From NCBI GenBank assembly GCA_050253335.1, contig JBFWJG010000044.1, positions 1 through 19,240 of the forward strand: a DNA stretch of 19,240 bases, in the 5' to 3' direction. How positions within the stretch are numbered: position 1 is the first letter of the stretch; every line of letters starts with the position of its first letter. This DNA is from Deferribacterales bacterium (GTDB lineage: Bacteria; Chrysiogenota; Deferribacteres; Deferribacterales; Geovibrionaceae). Positions 1 to 8,263 of this stretch are shown here, in pieces. Both the position numbers and the translations under genes were made by a program. The notes beneath the pieces are model-generated. The model saw nothing but the letters and a program-made list of their open reading frames with translations, was not told the origin of the DNA and did not search any database.

Positions 1-357
1 GTGTTTGAGGAGAGAGTGGCATTTAATGTTCTTCTCGGCAGTGATGAACCCTCAAACATAATGAGCGGCTACAAAAAAAGGCTTGAGGAAACCACAGGGA
101 TGAACCTTAACTTCAGAATTATCCCTGTCTCCACTGTTTTTCTTGCGGATTTCTTCCTCGGGGACGATGTTGTTTTTTCGGAGGAGGGCGGAATGTTTTA
201 CGAATTCACCGCGTCCACCCTTGAAGAAGCAATGGAGAATGACGGCATAGGGGTTATAAAGCATCCGTCCGGCGGCATGATAAGCTTCACGGGCGATTAT
301 ATAAAAGTTCTGACAGGGCAGGTAACTGCGCATCTGAAGGAACTGACAGGAGAATAG
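1..357 (+). CDS. Hypothetical protein, probably 5'-truncated by the window edge
   Basis: Frame open from base 1 to TAG at 355-357. Stop lies 1 nt before the iscS-like ATG, whose SD (ACAGGAG) is inside this ORF, so it is probably operonic. No family recognised. Confidence 0.7.
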   Translation: MFEERVAFNVLLGSDEPSNIMSGYKKRLEETTGMNLNFRIIPVSTVFLADFFLGDDVVFSEEGGMFYEFTASTLEEAMENDGIGVIKHPSGGMISFTGDYIKVLTGQVTAHLKELTGE

Positions 358-358
358 A

Positions 359-1540
359 ATGGCTTTTTTAGACAATGTTGCGGGAACAAAGCCCGACAGC
401 AGAGTGGTTGATAAAATGCTTCCGTTCCTTACGGAGCATTACGGCAACCCCAGTGCGCATTTCTACCCCCTCGGCAGAGAGTCTTTCGAGGCTGTGCAGG
501 AAGCGAGAAAGCAGGTTGCGGTGCTTATAGGGGCGGAGGAAGAGGAAATAATCTTCACCTCATGCGGCACAGAATCCAACAACCTCGCGGTGAAAGGCGC
601 GCTCAAGCGTCAGGACGGAAAAAAGCACGTTATCATAAGCGAAATAGAGCACTTCTCAGTGCAGAACCCGCTTATATCCTTCATGAACGACGGTTATGAA
701 ATAACCAGACTGAGAGTTGCGGAAAACGGTCTCATAAACCTTGAAGACCTCAAAAAAGCGATCCGCCCCGATACGGCTCTTGTCTCTGTCATGCTGGGCA
801 ATCCGGAGATCGGCACTGTTCAGTTCAATGAGGAAATAGGCAGGATTTGTAAGGAAAAGGGCGTTGTATATCATATAGACGCCGTTGCAGGTGCAGGACA
901 TATTGAGATAGATGTAAACAAGCTTAATTGCGATCTCCTCTCTCTTGCGGCGCAGAATTTTTACGGTCCCAGAGGGGCGGCTGCCCTTTACATAAGAAAA
1001 GGAACAAAAGTCGCCTCGCTCATGCAGGGCGGGCATCAGGAGTTCGGCTACAGAAGCGGCTCTGAAAATGTTGCAGCCATTGTGGGCATGGGTGAAGCGG
1101 CGCGCATAGCCAGAGAGGAAATGCACATATACTCCGCTGAAATGAAAAGGCTCGGAGACAGGCTCTGGAAAGGGCTTGCGAATATGTTTGACTTTTTGCA
1201 TTTTACGGGGCATCCTGAACGCCGGCTTCCGGGGCATGTCAGCTTCTGGATTGAGTTTATCGAGGGTGAGTCGCTGCTTATGTGGCTTGCTCTTAAAGGA
1301 ATATACGCGGCGAGCGGCTCCGCCTGCTCGTCAAACATCCTTGCCGAAGACGAGGAAGACCTTCAGGCCTCTCCCGTTCTCACGGCGGTGGGAGTACCTA
1401 ACGATATTTGCGCCGGATCAATTACTTTCTCTCTTTCCCGTTATACAACTGACGAGGAAGTGGACAAAGTGCTTGAGGAACTGCCCGGTATCGTTAAAAG
1501 ACTTTGTGAAATGTCTCCCGCTTACAACAGAGGAAACTAG
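359..1540 (+). CDS. iscS: IscS/NifS-family (class V PLP fold) cysteine desulfurase homologue lacking the PLP-binding lysine
   Basis: Motifs YGNPS, FTSCGTESNN, EH, GGHQE..RSGSENV and SGSACSS; directly upstream of iscU. The canonical S(A/G)HK reads AAQN. Confidence 0.93.
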   Translation: MAFLDNVAGTKPDSRVVDKMLPFLTEHYGNPSAHFYPLGRESFEAVQEARKQVAVLIGAEEEEIIFTSCGTESNNLAVKGALKRQDGKKHVIISEIEHFSVQNPLISFMNDGYEITRLRVAENGLINLEDLKKAIRPDTALVSVMLGNPEIGTVQFNEEIGRICKEKGVVYHIDAVAGAGHIEIDVNKLNCDLLSLAAQNFYGPRGAAALYIRKGTKVASLMQGGHQEFGYRSGSENVAAIVGMGEAARIAREEMHIYSAEMKRLGDRLWKGLANMFDFLHFTGHPERRLPGHVSFWIEFIEGESLLMWLALKGIYAASGSACSSNILAEDEEDLQASPVLTAVGVPNDICAGSITFSLSRYTTDEEVDKVLEELPGIVKRLCEMSPAYNRGN

Positions 1541-1549
1541 GAGGTTACA

Positions 1550-1996
1550 ATGGCAAAAGGACCATACAGCGAAAAAGTGATGGATCACTTTATGAATCCC
1601 CGCAACATGGGTGAAATAGAGGGCGCAAACGCTGTCGGAGAAGTGGGAAACCCCGCCTGCGGCGACGTTATGAAAATTTTCCTCGACATAGATGACGCAG
1701 GAATAGTTAAAGACGTGAAATTCAAGACATTCGGCTGCGGAGCGGCTATCGCCTCCAGCTCAATGGCTACTGAACTTATAAAAGGCAAAAAAGTTGAGGA
1801 GATACTCGCACTGACAAATCAGGCGATTGTGGATGCACTCGGCGGTCTTCCCCCCGCGAAGATTCACTGCTCTGTAATGGCTGAGGAAGCCATAGAGGAA
1901 GCACTGAAAGACTTCTACATCAGAAAAGGCGAAGACCCCGCAAAAGTACAGAAAATGAAAGAAGAAATAAAAAGCGCTGCGGCCGGAGGAAACTAA
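1550..1996 (+). CDS. iscU: IscU/NifU-N Fe-S scaffold protein
   Basis: YSEKVMDHF, GNPACGD, FGCGAAIASSS, KIHCS: three Cys plus Asp and His conserved. SD GGAGG upstream. Confidence 0.96.
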   Translation: MAKGPYSEKVMDHFMNPRNMGEIEGANAVGEVGNPACGDVMKIFLDIDDAGIVKDVKFKTFGCGAAIASSSMATELIKGKKVEEILALTNQAIVDALGGLPPAKIHCSVMAEEAIEEALKDFYIRKGEDPAKVQKMKEEIKSAAAGGN

Positions 1997-2223
1997 TGAG
2001 CTTAAAAGAAAGAGTTGAAGCAGTCCTTGAGCAGGTAAGACCCGCTCTTCAGGCGGACGGAGGCGATATTGAGCTTCTGGGAGTTACAGAGGACGGCATA
2101 GTTAAGGTACAGCTTACAGGAGCATGCGGAAGCTGCCCCTTCAGCACCATGACGCTGAAACACGCAGTTGAAGGCAGACTGAAAGACCAGATACCCGAAG
2201 TTAAAGAAGTACAGTCATTCTGA
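1996..2223 (+). CDS. Stand-alone Nfu (NifU C-terminal) Fe-S carrier
   Basis: VRPALQADGGDIEL and GACGSC (CxxC). Start overlaps the iscU stop (TAATG). Confidence 0.93.
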   Translation: MSLKERVEAVLEQVRPALQADGGDIELLGVTEDGIVKVQLTGACGSCPFSTMTLKHAVEGRLKDQIPEVKEVQSF

Positions 2224-2234
2224 AAACATATCGG

Positions 2235-2263
2235 AAGGTGCGGAGTATTTTCTCCGCACCTTT
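2235..2263 (+). terminator. Hairpin / probable intrinsic terminator of the isc operon
   Basis: AAGGTGCGGAG-tatttt-CTCCGCACCTT, an 11-bp stem just after the nfu stop. The U-tract is short. Confidence 0.7.
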
Positions 2264-2376
2264 CAAGTATCTCCCCTCCCTGGTTTCTTCCGCTTGGCCG
2301 CTCTTAAAATAATGCTTTTTTCCCTGTCATAATTGTTTTATAATCTTATCTTTAATAACCGGTCGGGATAGTGGTG

Positions 2377-4287
2377 ATGAACAAAAAAAACAAGAGCCCA
2401 GAAACCCTTTTTCACTCATTTCTTCAGTCAGTAGACAGGCATAAAAACAACACGGCATTCATATACAGATCAGCGGAACAGGAACACACTGTAACCTATG
2501 AAAAGCTTTTCGAAGATGTGCTTATCCTTTCCCGCGCTTTTTCGGAAAAGAAAATTGTTAAGGATACCCGTGTCCTTCTTCTTTCAGACAACAGATATGC
2601 ATGGATAGTGACAGATCTCGCCCTTGCCTCCCTCGGAGCCATAAGCGTTCCCCGCGGAAGCGAATGTCCCGAACAGGAACTGGCGTTCATCATGGAGCAT
2701 TCCGGCTGTGAGTTCATTATCTTTGAAACGGAAAAGCTTTATGATGACCACAAAGCCTTTGTGAACACACTGGAAGGGGTGAAAGGCATATTCATAATGG
2801 AAGGCGGACACAGACACAAAATTTTTTCCCGCGTTTACACCTATAACGACCTTCTCACAGACAGAACCATATCAGACGAGGACATTGCCCGCTTCAGAGC
2901 GAGAAAACACAAGCTTTTCAAAGAGGATGTCTTCACCCTTATCTATACATCCGGAACAACGGGCGTGCCCAAGGGGGTTATGCTCACCCATGACAATATA
3001 ATGCTTAACCTTGAAGTGATTCCTGTGCTCATAGCTCTGAGGCCGGATGATATGTGGCTTTCCATTCTTCCCACATGGCACATATTTGAGCGCGCGGCGG
3101 AATACGCCGCACTTATGAGCGGCTGCTGCACTGTTTATTCATCCATAAAAACCTTCTCTGCCGATCTCGAACAGTACAGGCCGACAATTGTGGCAACCGT
3201 GCCCCGTCTCTGGGAATCCATGTACACCAAGGTGAACGCCGCTGTTGAAAAGCAGGGTAAAGCGAAGCACAGGATATTCACAACCCTTGTGGCGGTATCT
3301 TCCGCCTACAGAAGAAACAAGCGCCGCCTGAAAGGGCATCTGCCTGTTTTTGAAAAAGAACCGGTAATGAAGAAAATTATCAATGATATAAAAGCCTTTG
3401 CAGCGTGCTGTGCTCTTTTCCCGCTGAACATGCTGGCGGTAAAAAAACTGAAAGCGGTTCAGGCAAAGTTCGGCGGAAGAATGCGGCTTGCCATAAGCGG
3501 CGGCGGCAGTCTGCCCCAGTATCTGGATGAGTGGATAGACGCACTGGGGATAAGGATTATCAACGCATACGGAATGACGGAATGTGCTCCGGCCATAGCC
3601 GGCAGGGCACTCAACTGCGAAGTTTTCGGAACTCTGGGACCTGCTGTCGGCAACACAAAGCTGAGGATAGCCGATGAAGAGAACAACCCTCTTCCCGCGG
3701 GTGTTGAAGGCGAGATTCAGGTGAAGGGCAGGCAGGTTATGCCCGGCTATTATGACAACGACATTGAAAACGAAAAGACATTCACCCCTGACGGATACCT
3801 TAAAACCGGCGATTTGGGTAAACTCACGCTTACCGGAGAGCTTGTCATAACCGGCAGAATAAAAGAGATCATAGTCCTTGCCAACGGCGAGAACATAGAC
3901 CCCAGTCGTATCGAATCAACCATAACCAAGCTCCCCTTTGTTAAGGACGCTGTGCTTGTCGGGCAGGACAGAAAAGGGCTCGGCGCACTTATTGTTCCCG
4001 ATCTTGAAAAGCTTAAAGAAACTTTCCTGCCCAAGATTGAGAACATGGTGCATGATGTCGAGGATATGCTGAAGGACGGCCGTGTTATAGAGCAGGCGAA
4101 AAAGGAAATCAACAAACTGCTCAATGCCAAGAAGGGTTTCAAGCCACATGAAAAAGTGCACAATATCCATTTCATGGAAAATGATTTTGAGCCGGGGAAA
4201 GATCTCACCAATACACTGAAAAAGAAGAGACATGCCATAGAAAAGAGGTATCATAGCATTATACAGAAACTTTTCGGAAAAGATTAA
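2377..4287 (+). CDS. Long-chain fatty acid--CoA ligase (AMP-binding, FadD15-like)
   Basis: Intact YTSGTTGVPKG P-loop, YGMTE, TGDLG, GRIKE and C-terminal LTNTLK lysine. Start is ATG 2377 or GTG 2371/2374. Confidence 0.9.
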   Translation: MNKKNKSPETLFHSFLQSVDRHKNNTAFIYRSAEQEHTVTYEKLFEDVLILSRAFSEKKIVKDTRVLLLSDNRYAWIVTDLALASLGAISVPRGSECPEQELAFIMEHSGCEFIIFETEKLYDDHKAFVNTLEGVKGIFIMEGGHRHKIFSRVYTYNDLLTDRTISDEDIARFRARKHKLFKEDVFTLIYTSGTTGVPKGVMLTHDNIMLNLEVIPVLIALRPDDMWLSILPTWHIFERAAEYAALMSGCCTVYSSIKTFSADLEQYRPTIVATVPRLWESMYTKVNAAVEKQGKAKHRIFTTLVAVSSAYRRNKRRLKGHLPVFEKEPVMKKIINDIKAFAACCALFPLNMLAVKKLKAVQAKFGGRMRLAISGGGSLPQYLDEWIDALGIRIINAYGMTECAPAIAGRALNCEVFGTLGPAVGNTKLRIADEENNPLPAGVEGEIQVKGRQVMPGYYDNDIENEKTFTPDGYLKTGDLGKLTLTGELVITGRIKEIIVLANGENIDPSRIESTITKLPFVKDAVLVGQDRKGLGALIVPDLEKLKETFLPKIENMVHDVEDMLKDGRVIEQAKKEINKLLNAKKGFKPHEKVHNIHFMENDFEPGKDLTNTLKKKRHAIEKRYHSIIQKLFGKD

Positions 4288-4307
4288 AACCCGGGAGGAA
4301 TTTATTT

Positions 4308-4766
4308 ATGGAATATAAAAAAATACTGGTTATGACAGACTTTTCGAAGGATTCGAAAATTGCAGTGGAAACTGCGGCAAGCCTTGCCCATAAGTTCGGG
4401 GCGGAGCTCAGCGTCCTTCATGTGGCGCACGATGAGGCTCATTTTGACCTTTATGTTTTTGAAAAAGAACTGGACGCAATCAATAAAAAAATACTCGAAG
4501 AGGCCGAAGCATCCTTCTGCCGCCTTGAAGAGGAGATTCCTCTGCTGAAGGATGTCACATGGGAATCGCTCATAAGAAGAGGGGCTCCATATGAGGAAGG
4601 GCTTCTTGAGATAGAAAACGGAAAATATGATCTGCTTGTTCTCGGCTCTCACGGAAAGAGAGGGGTTAAACGCTTCCTTTACGGAACAACCGCGGAGAAG
4701 ATGATCCGCAACTGCCCCGTGAGCGTGCATGTTACAAGACACGAATGCATCGGGCTTAAAAAGTAG
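4308..4766 (+). CDS. Universal stress protein (UspA family)
   Basis: N-terminal KKILVMTDFS; G-2x-G-9x-GT ATP motif (GSHGKRGVKRFLYGT); SD GGAGG. Confidence 0.93.
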   Translation: MEYKKILVMTDFSKDSKIAVETAASLAHKFGAELSVLHVAHDEAHFDLYVFEKELDAINKKILEEAEASFCRLEEEIPLLKDVTWESLIRRGAPYEEGLLEIENGKYDLLVLGSHGKRGVKRFLYGTTAEKMIRNCPVSVHVTRHECIGLKK

Positions 4767-4779
4767 ATAAGAGCGGGGT

Positions 4780-6105
4780 CTAAGCCCCGCTTCTCATGTT
4801 CATGGCCGGATATGCTCCGGCCTTTTTATATTTCCTGAACCATGCGCCCATGGCATCTATTGCTTCAACGGTGTTTCTGCATCTTTCACTTAAAAAATAC
4901 TCTCCGAGAACTGCATCCCTGCCTAGCTGTGCTGATTTTTCTATGGCTGCTCCGCCGTCAAAATCAACATAGGACAGGCGCAGGGTGAGTTCATCCGCAG
5001 GACGTCCGAAACAGCTTCCGGCGAGTGCCGCTACGCCTGTTTCCTCAAGGAGTTTTTCGCACATATCCGTTGAACTGATTATTCCCCGTGCCGAAAGCCT
5101 GTCTTTCAGCGGTGAAAAATCCGGAAAGAGATAAAACCCGCCGTCAGGGCGTGCGAGCTTTGCCCCTGAGTTTATAAGAGTGTCTGTGCAGTAAGTTCCC
5201 AGAGCCTTGAGAACCTTTCTTGAATGAAACAGGTAGTCTTCTATCTCGCTGTCCTTTGTGAAAGCCTTCACGGCGGCATACTGCACGGGGGCGCTTACGG
5301 AGGTGAAGGTTTCGCTTGCCACAACTGCCATCGCATCGGCAATTTTTCTCAGCCCTGCGGGAACAGCGAATGTTCCTAGCCTCCACCCGCCTGCGCCGCA
5401 CCATTTACTCAGCCCGCCCGAAACTATTGTTCCCTCGGGGTAAAACTTTGCAATCGATACATGGCTGCCGTCATGGTTTACCTCGCCGTATATCTCATCG
5501 GAGAGTATGATCACGCCGTATCTGCGGGCTGTGTCGGCGAGAGCCTCAAGCTCTTTTCCACTGTATGAGTATCCTGTTGGATTATTGGGATAGTTAAGAA
5601 GCAGAAGCCTTGAGCGGTTCGGATCCTGAGCGCATTCAGCCTCGAGTGTGTCAGGGGTGAGAAGCCATTTATTGTCCCGCTCCGTATTCAGCCAGCAGAC
5701 TTTTCTGCCGGTAAGCGCAGCCTGCGGGGCGTAGGAAACCCAGCTTGGGGAGGGGAGAAGAAGGTCAGCCTCATACACAAGCTGAAGGATAAACATCAGC
5801 TCCTTTGAACCGGGACCTATGATTACGTCATCTCCTGTGAAACTGAGCGACTGCGTTCTGCCGTAATATGCGGCGACAGCATCCCGCAGTTCTTTAAGCC
5901 CGCGAACGGGCAGGTAATCCTTCTGGTGTGCGTTATCTTTAAGCGCCTGCACAACCGGAGGAGCAACAGGGAAGGGCGACTGCCCCAGACCAAGCTTATA
6001 GACTTTTTTGCCCGCTTTTATCATGGCGTTGCTGCGTTCGTTTATTCCCAATGTCGCTGAAACTGGCATGTTTTTAACAGTATTGTTTAGGGAGAGTTCT
6101 TTCAT
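4780..6105 (-). CDS. Class I/II PLP-dependent aminotransferase (aspartate aminotransferase-like)
   Basis: NYPNNPTG, SDEIY, GLSKW.GAGGWRLG (PLP Lys present), GGFYLF, LRLS; SD AGGTG. Confidence 0.9.
   Translation of the reverse strand: MKELSLNNTVKNMPVSATLGINERSNAMIKAGKKVYKLGLGQSPFPVAPPVVQALKDNAHQKDYLPVRGLKELRDAVAAYYGRTQSLSFTGDDVIIGPGSKELMFILQLVYEADLLLPSPSWVSYAPQAALTGRKVCWLNTERDNKWLLTPDTLEAECAQDPNRSRLLLLNYPNNPTGYSYSGKELEALADTARRYGVIILSDEIYGEVNHDGSHVSIAKFYPEGTIVSGGLSKWCGAGGWRLGTFAVPAGLRKIADAMAVVASETFTSVSAPVQYAAVKAFTKDSEIEDYLFHSRKVLKALGTYCTDTLINSGAKLARPDGGFYLFPDFSPLKDRLSARGIISSTDMCEKLLEETGVAALAGSCFGRPADELTLRLSYVDFDGGAAIEKSAQLGRDAVLGEYFLSERCRNTVEAIDAMGAWFRKYKKAGAYPAMNMRSGA
4804..4827 (+). terminator. 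Intrinsic terminator for the ligase-usp unit
   Basis: GGCCGGA-tatgc-TCCGGCC-TTTTT, lying antisense within the last codons of the convergent aminotransferase. Confidence 0.6.
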
Positions 6106-6114
6106 GTTTCACCT

Positions 6115-6146
6115 GAAAAAAGCAAGGCGGGGTATCCGCCCCGCCT
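6115..6146 (-). terminator. Terminator-like hairpin after the TRAP permease
   Basis: Minus strand reads AGGCGGGG-cggata-CCCCGCCT-tgcTTTTTT. Confidence 0.6.
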
Positions 6147-6156
6147 GTGTTGTTTT

Positions 6157-8196
6157 TTATGCAGTCTGTCTTCTTGCTCTGAATTTCTGTTCCAGAGCCA
6201 AGAGCCCCATAACCCCGAGGCCTATGAGATAAACCAGATATCTGCTGCTTTCGGGTATATTCAGATATTCGTTTATGGAACCCGGGTGGAAAAGAACAAG
6301 GCACGCAAAAAGGAAGAAAGGTATTTCATACCATTTGTTCTTTGTTATATACCATCCCTGAATGGCGCTGGCAAACGCAAATGCGCCTATGCAGGCCATC
6401 ACGAAAATGAGAATCCCCTGTGTCCAACTGAAAACGTTATGCAGTATCAGGTCTGTGTTAAACACAAAAAAGAATGGGATTATGGCGGTGCGCATGTCAT
6501 ATGCGAACCCCTGAAGCCCTGTGGGTATAGGGTCGGAATCGGCAATTGCGGCAGCGGCATAGGACGCGAGCCCGACAGGGGGGGTGTCGTCCGCCAGTAT
6601 GCCGAAGTAAAAACAGAACAAATGCGCCGCCATGAGCGGAACAAAAAAGCCGTAAAGTCCGCCGACCTCAACAATTATAGGCGCGGTAAGTGATGCCATG
6701 ACTATGTATGTCGCGGTGGTGGGAAGCCCCATTCCCAAGAGAAGGCTGGCTACCGCAGTTATGAAAAGAAGCAGGAATATGCTGCCGCCTGAGAGCTGTT
6801 CCACGATCATGGTGATCATTCCGCCTATGCCCATGTTGACAACGCCGACTATGATCCCTGCGGACGCTGTGGCAAGCGCCACGGCAACCATGTTTCTGCT
6901 TCCTGCTATAAACCCCTGACACATTGTGAAGGCCGCTTCGAAAAGACCTTTGCCCAGCCCTGCGGTCTTATCCTTCAGCCCGTTTCTTATTCCCCGCACG
7001 AATATTATTGCGATAAGAACCAGAATAGCGTTGAAAGCCGCTTTTTCGGGAGAGTGGCGGAGAACCACAAGCTCGTAAACAAGCATAACTATGGGGAGCA
7101 GATAGTGAAGACCGCCCTTCAGGGTTTCGAAGAAGCGGGGTGTTTCCTCTCTCGGGAGCCCTTTCATTCCGAGTTTGCTCGCCTCAAGGTGAACCACATA
7201 GAAAAGCGCAGTGTATGAAACAAAAGCAGGGATCGCCGCCGCTTTTACAACCTCAAGGTAAGGAACGTTTACATACTCGGCGATGATGAACGCCGCGGCG
7301 CCCATGATAGGGGGCATGATCTGTCCGTCCGTGCTGGCGGCCACTTCAACCGCAGCCGCCTTTTTGGCGGGATAGCCCACTTTTTTCATCAGCGGAATGG
7401 TGAAGGTTCCTGTTGTTACAACATTAGCGATGCTTGAGCCTGAAACAAGTCCGGTCAGGCCGCTGGCGACTATTGCCGCCTTTGCGGGGCCGCCCTTGAA
7501 CCTGCCGAGAAGGGAGAGGGCAAGGTCGATGAAGAACTTGCCTGCACCCGCCTTGTCAAGCATGGCGCCGAGAAGAACGAACAGATAAACTATCGAAGCG
7601 GAAACACCGAGGGGTATTCCGTAAATTCCTTCCGTGGAGAGTGATATCTGGTTAAGGTATTTATTAAGCGAAACGCCCTTGAACGCCAGTACATCGGGCA
7701 TATAGGGTCCGAGGAAGGCATAGGCTGTGAATGCAAGAGCTATTATTGAGAGCGCGGGGCCTATGGATCTTCTTGTCGCTTCCAGAAGAAGCACAAGTAT
7801 GGCAAGACCCGCTATGATATCTATTGTGATGGGAGCACCCTGACGGGTAGCAAGACCTTCCCATGCAAGCATTATATAAAGCGCGGAAACAGCTCCGACT
7901 GCCGCCAGAACATAGTCCACGATACTTATTCTGTCCATGGAAACAATTTTTTTGAACCATCCCGAAGGTTTTTTTATTATGGGGATGTTCAGGAAAAGAA
8001 GAACGATCGCAAATGCGAGGTGTATAGCTCTGGTTTTGGTGCTGTCAAGAATAAGCCAGCTCGCAAGCGAAAGCTGGAAAAGCGCCCATGCGACAGCAAT
8101 GACGCCGATAAGAATTCGCTCAAATTTACGCAGGTGTCTTATCTCACCCGTTTCCTCACGCAGAATCTCTTCTGCCGATTTCACTTTTCTGCTCAT
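6157..8196 (-). CDS. TRAP transporter fused permease (4TM/12TM, DctQM type)
   Basis: Many TM segments; GGPAKAA, SGSSIANV, ASTDGQIMPPIMGAAAF, LGMGLPTT, DDTPPV; follows a TAXI SBP. Confidence 0.95.
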   Translation of the reverse strand: MSRKVKSAEEILREETGEIRHLRKFERILIGVIAVAWALFQLSLASWLILDSTKTRAIHLAFAIVLLFLNIPIIKKPSGWFKKIVSMDRISIVDYVLAAVGAVSALYIMLAWEGLATRQGAPITIDIIAGLAILVLLLEATRRSIGPALSIIALAFTAYAFLGPYMPDVLAFKGVSLNKYLNQISLSTEGIYGIPLGVSASIVYLFVLLGAMLDKAGAGKFFIDLALSLLGRFKGGPAKAAIVASGLTGLVSGSSIANVVTTGTFTIPLMKKVGYPAKKAAAVEVAASTDGQIMPPIMGAAAFIIAEYVNVPYLEVVKAAAIPAFVSYTALFYVVHLEASKLGMKGLPREETPRFFETLKGGLHYLLPIVMLVYELVVLRHSPEKAAFNAILVLIAIIFVRGIRNGLKDKTAGLGKGLFEAAFTMCQGFIAGSRNMVAVALATASAGIIVGVVNMGIGGMITMIVEQLSGGSIFLLLFITAVASLLLGMGLPTTATYIVMASLTAPIIVEVGGLYGFFVPLMAAHLFCFYFGILADDTPPVGLASYAAAAIADSDPIPTGLQGFAYDMRTAIIPFFFVFNTDLILHNVFSWTQGILIFVMACIGAFAFASAIQGWYITKNKWYEIPFFLFACLVLFHPGSINEYLNIPESSRYLVYLIGLGVMGLLALEQKFRARRQTA

Positions 8197-8213
8197 AGAA
8201 ACCCCTTGAATAA

Positions 8214-8249
8214 AAAGATAATCCGCTCAGCGATGAGCGGATTATCTTT
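8214..8249 (-). terminator. 16-bp perfect stem-loop between SBP and permease genes (partial terminator or mRNA stabiliser)
   Basis: AAAGATAATCCGCTCA-gcga-TGAGCGGATTATCTTT. The minus-strand stem ends in a T run. Confidence 0.7.
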
Positions 8250-8263
8250 AAGAATATTAATGC

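Noticed and set aside
359..2223. Nitrogen-fixation (nifSU) assignment
   Set aside because: No three-domain NifU and no other nif genes in the window.
2339..2344. TATAAT upstream of the acyl-CoA ligase
   Set aside because: A plausible -10, but there is no -35 or correctly spaced TG in an AT-rich tract; too weak to list as a feature.
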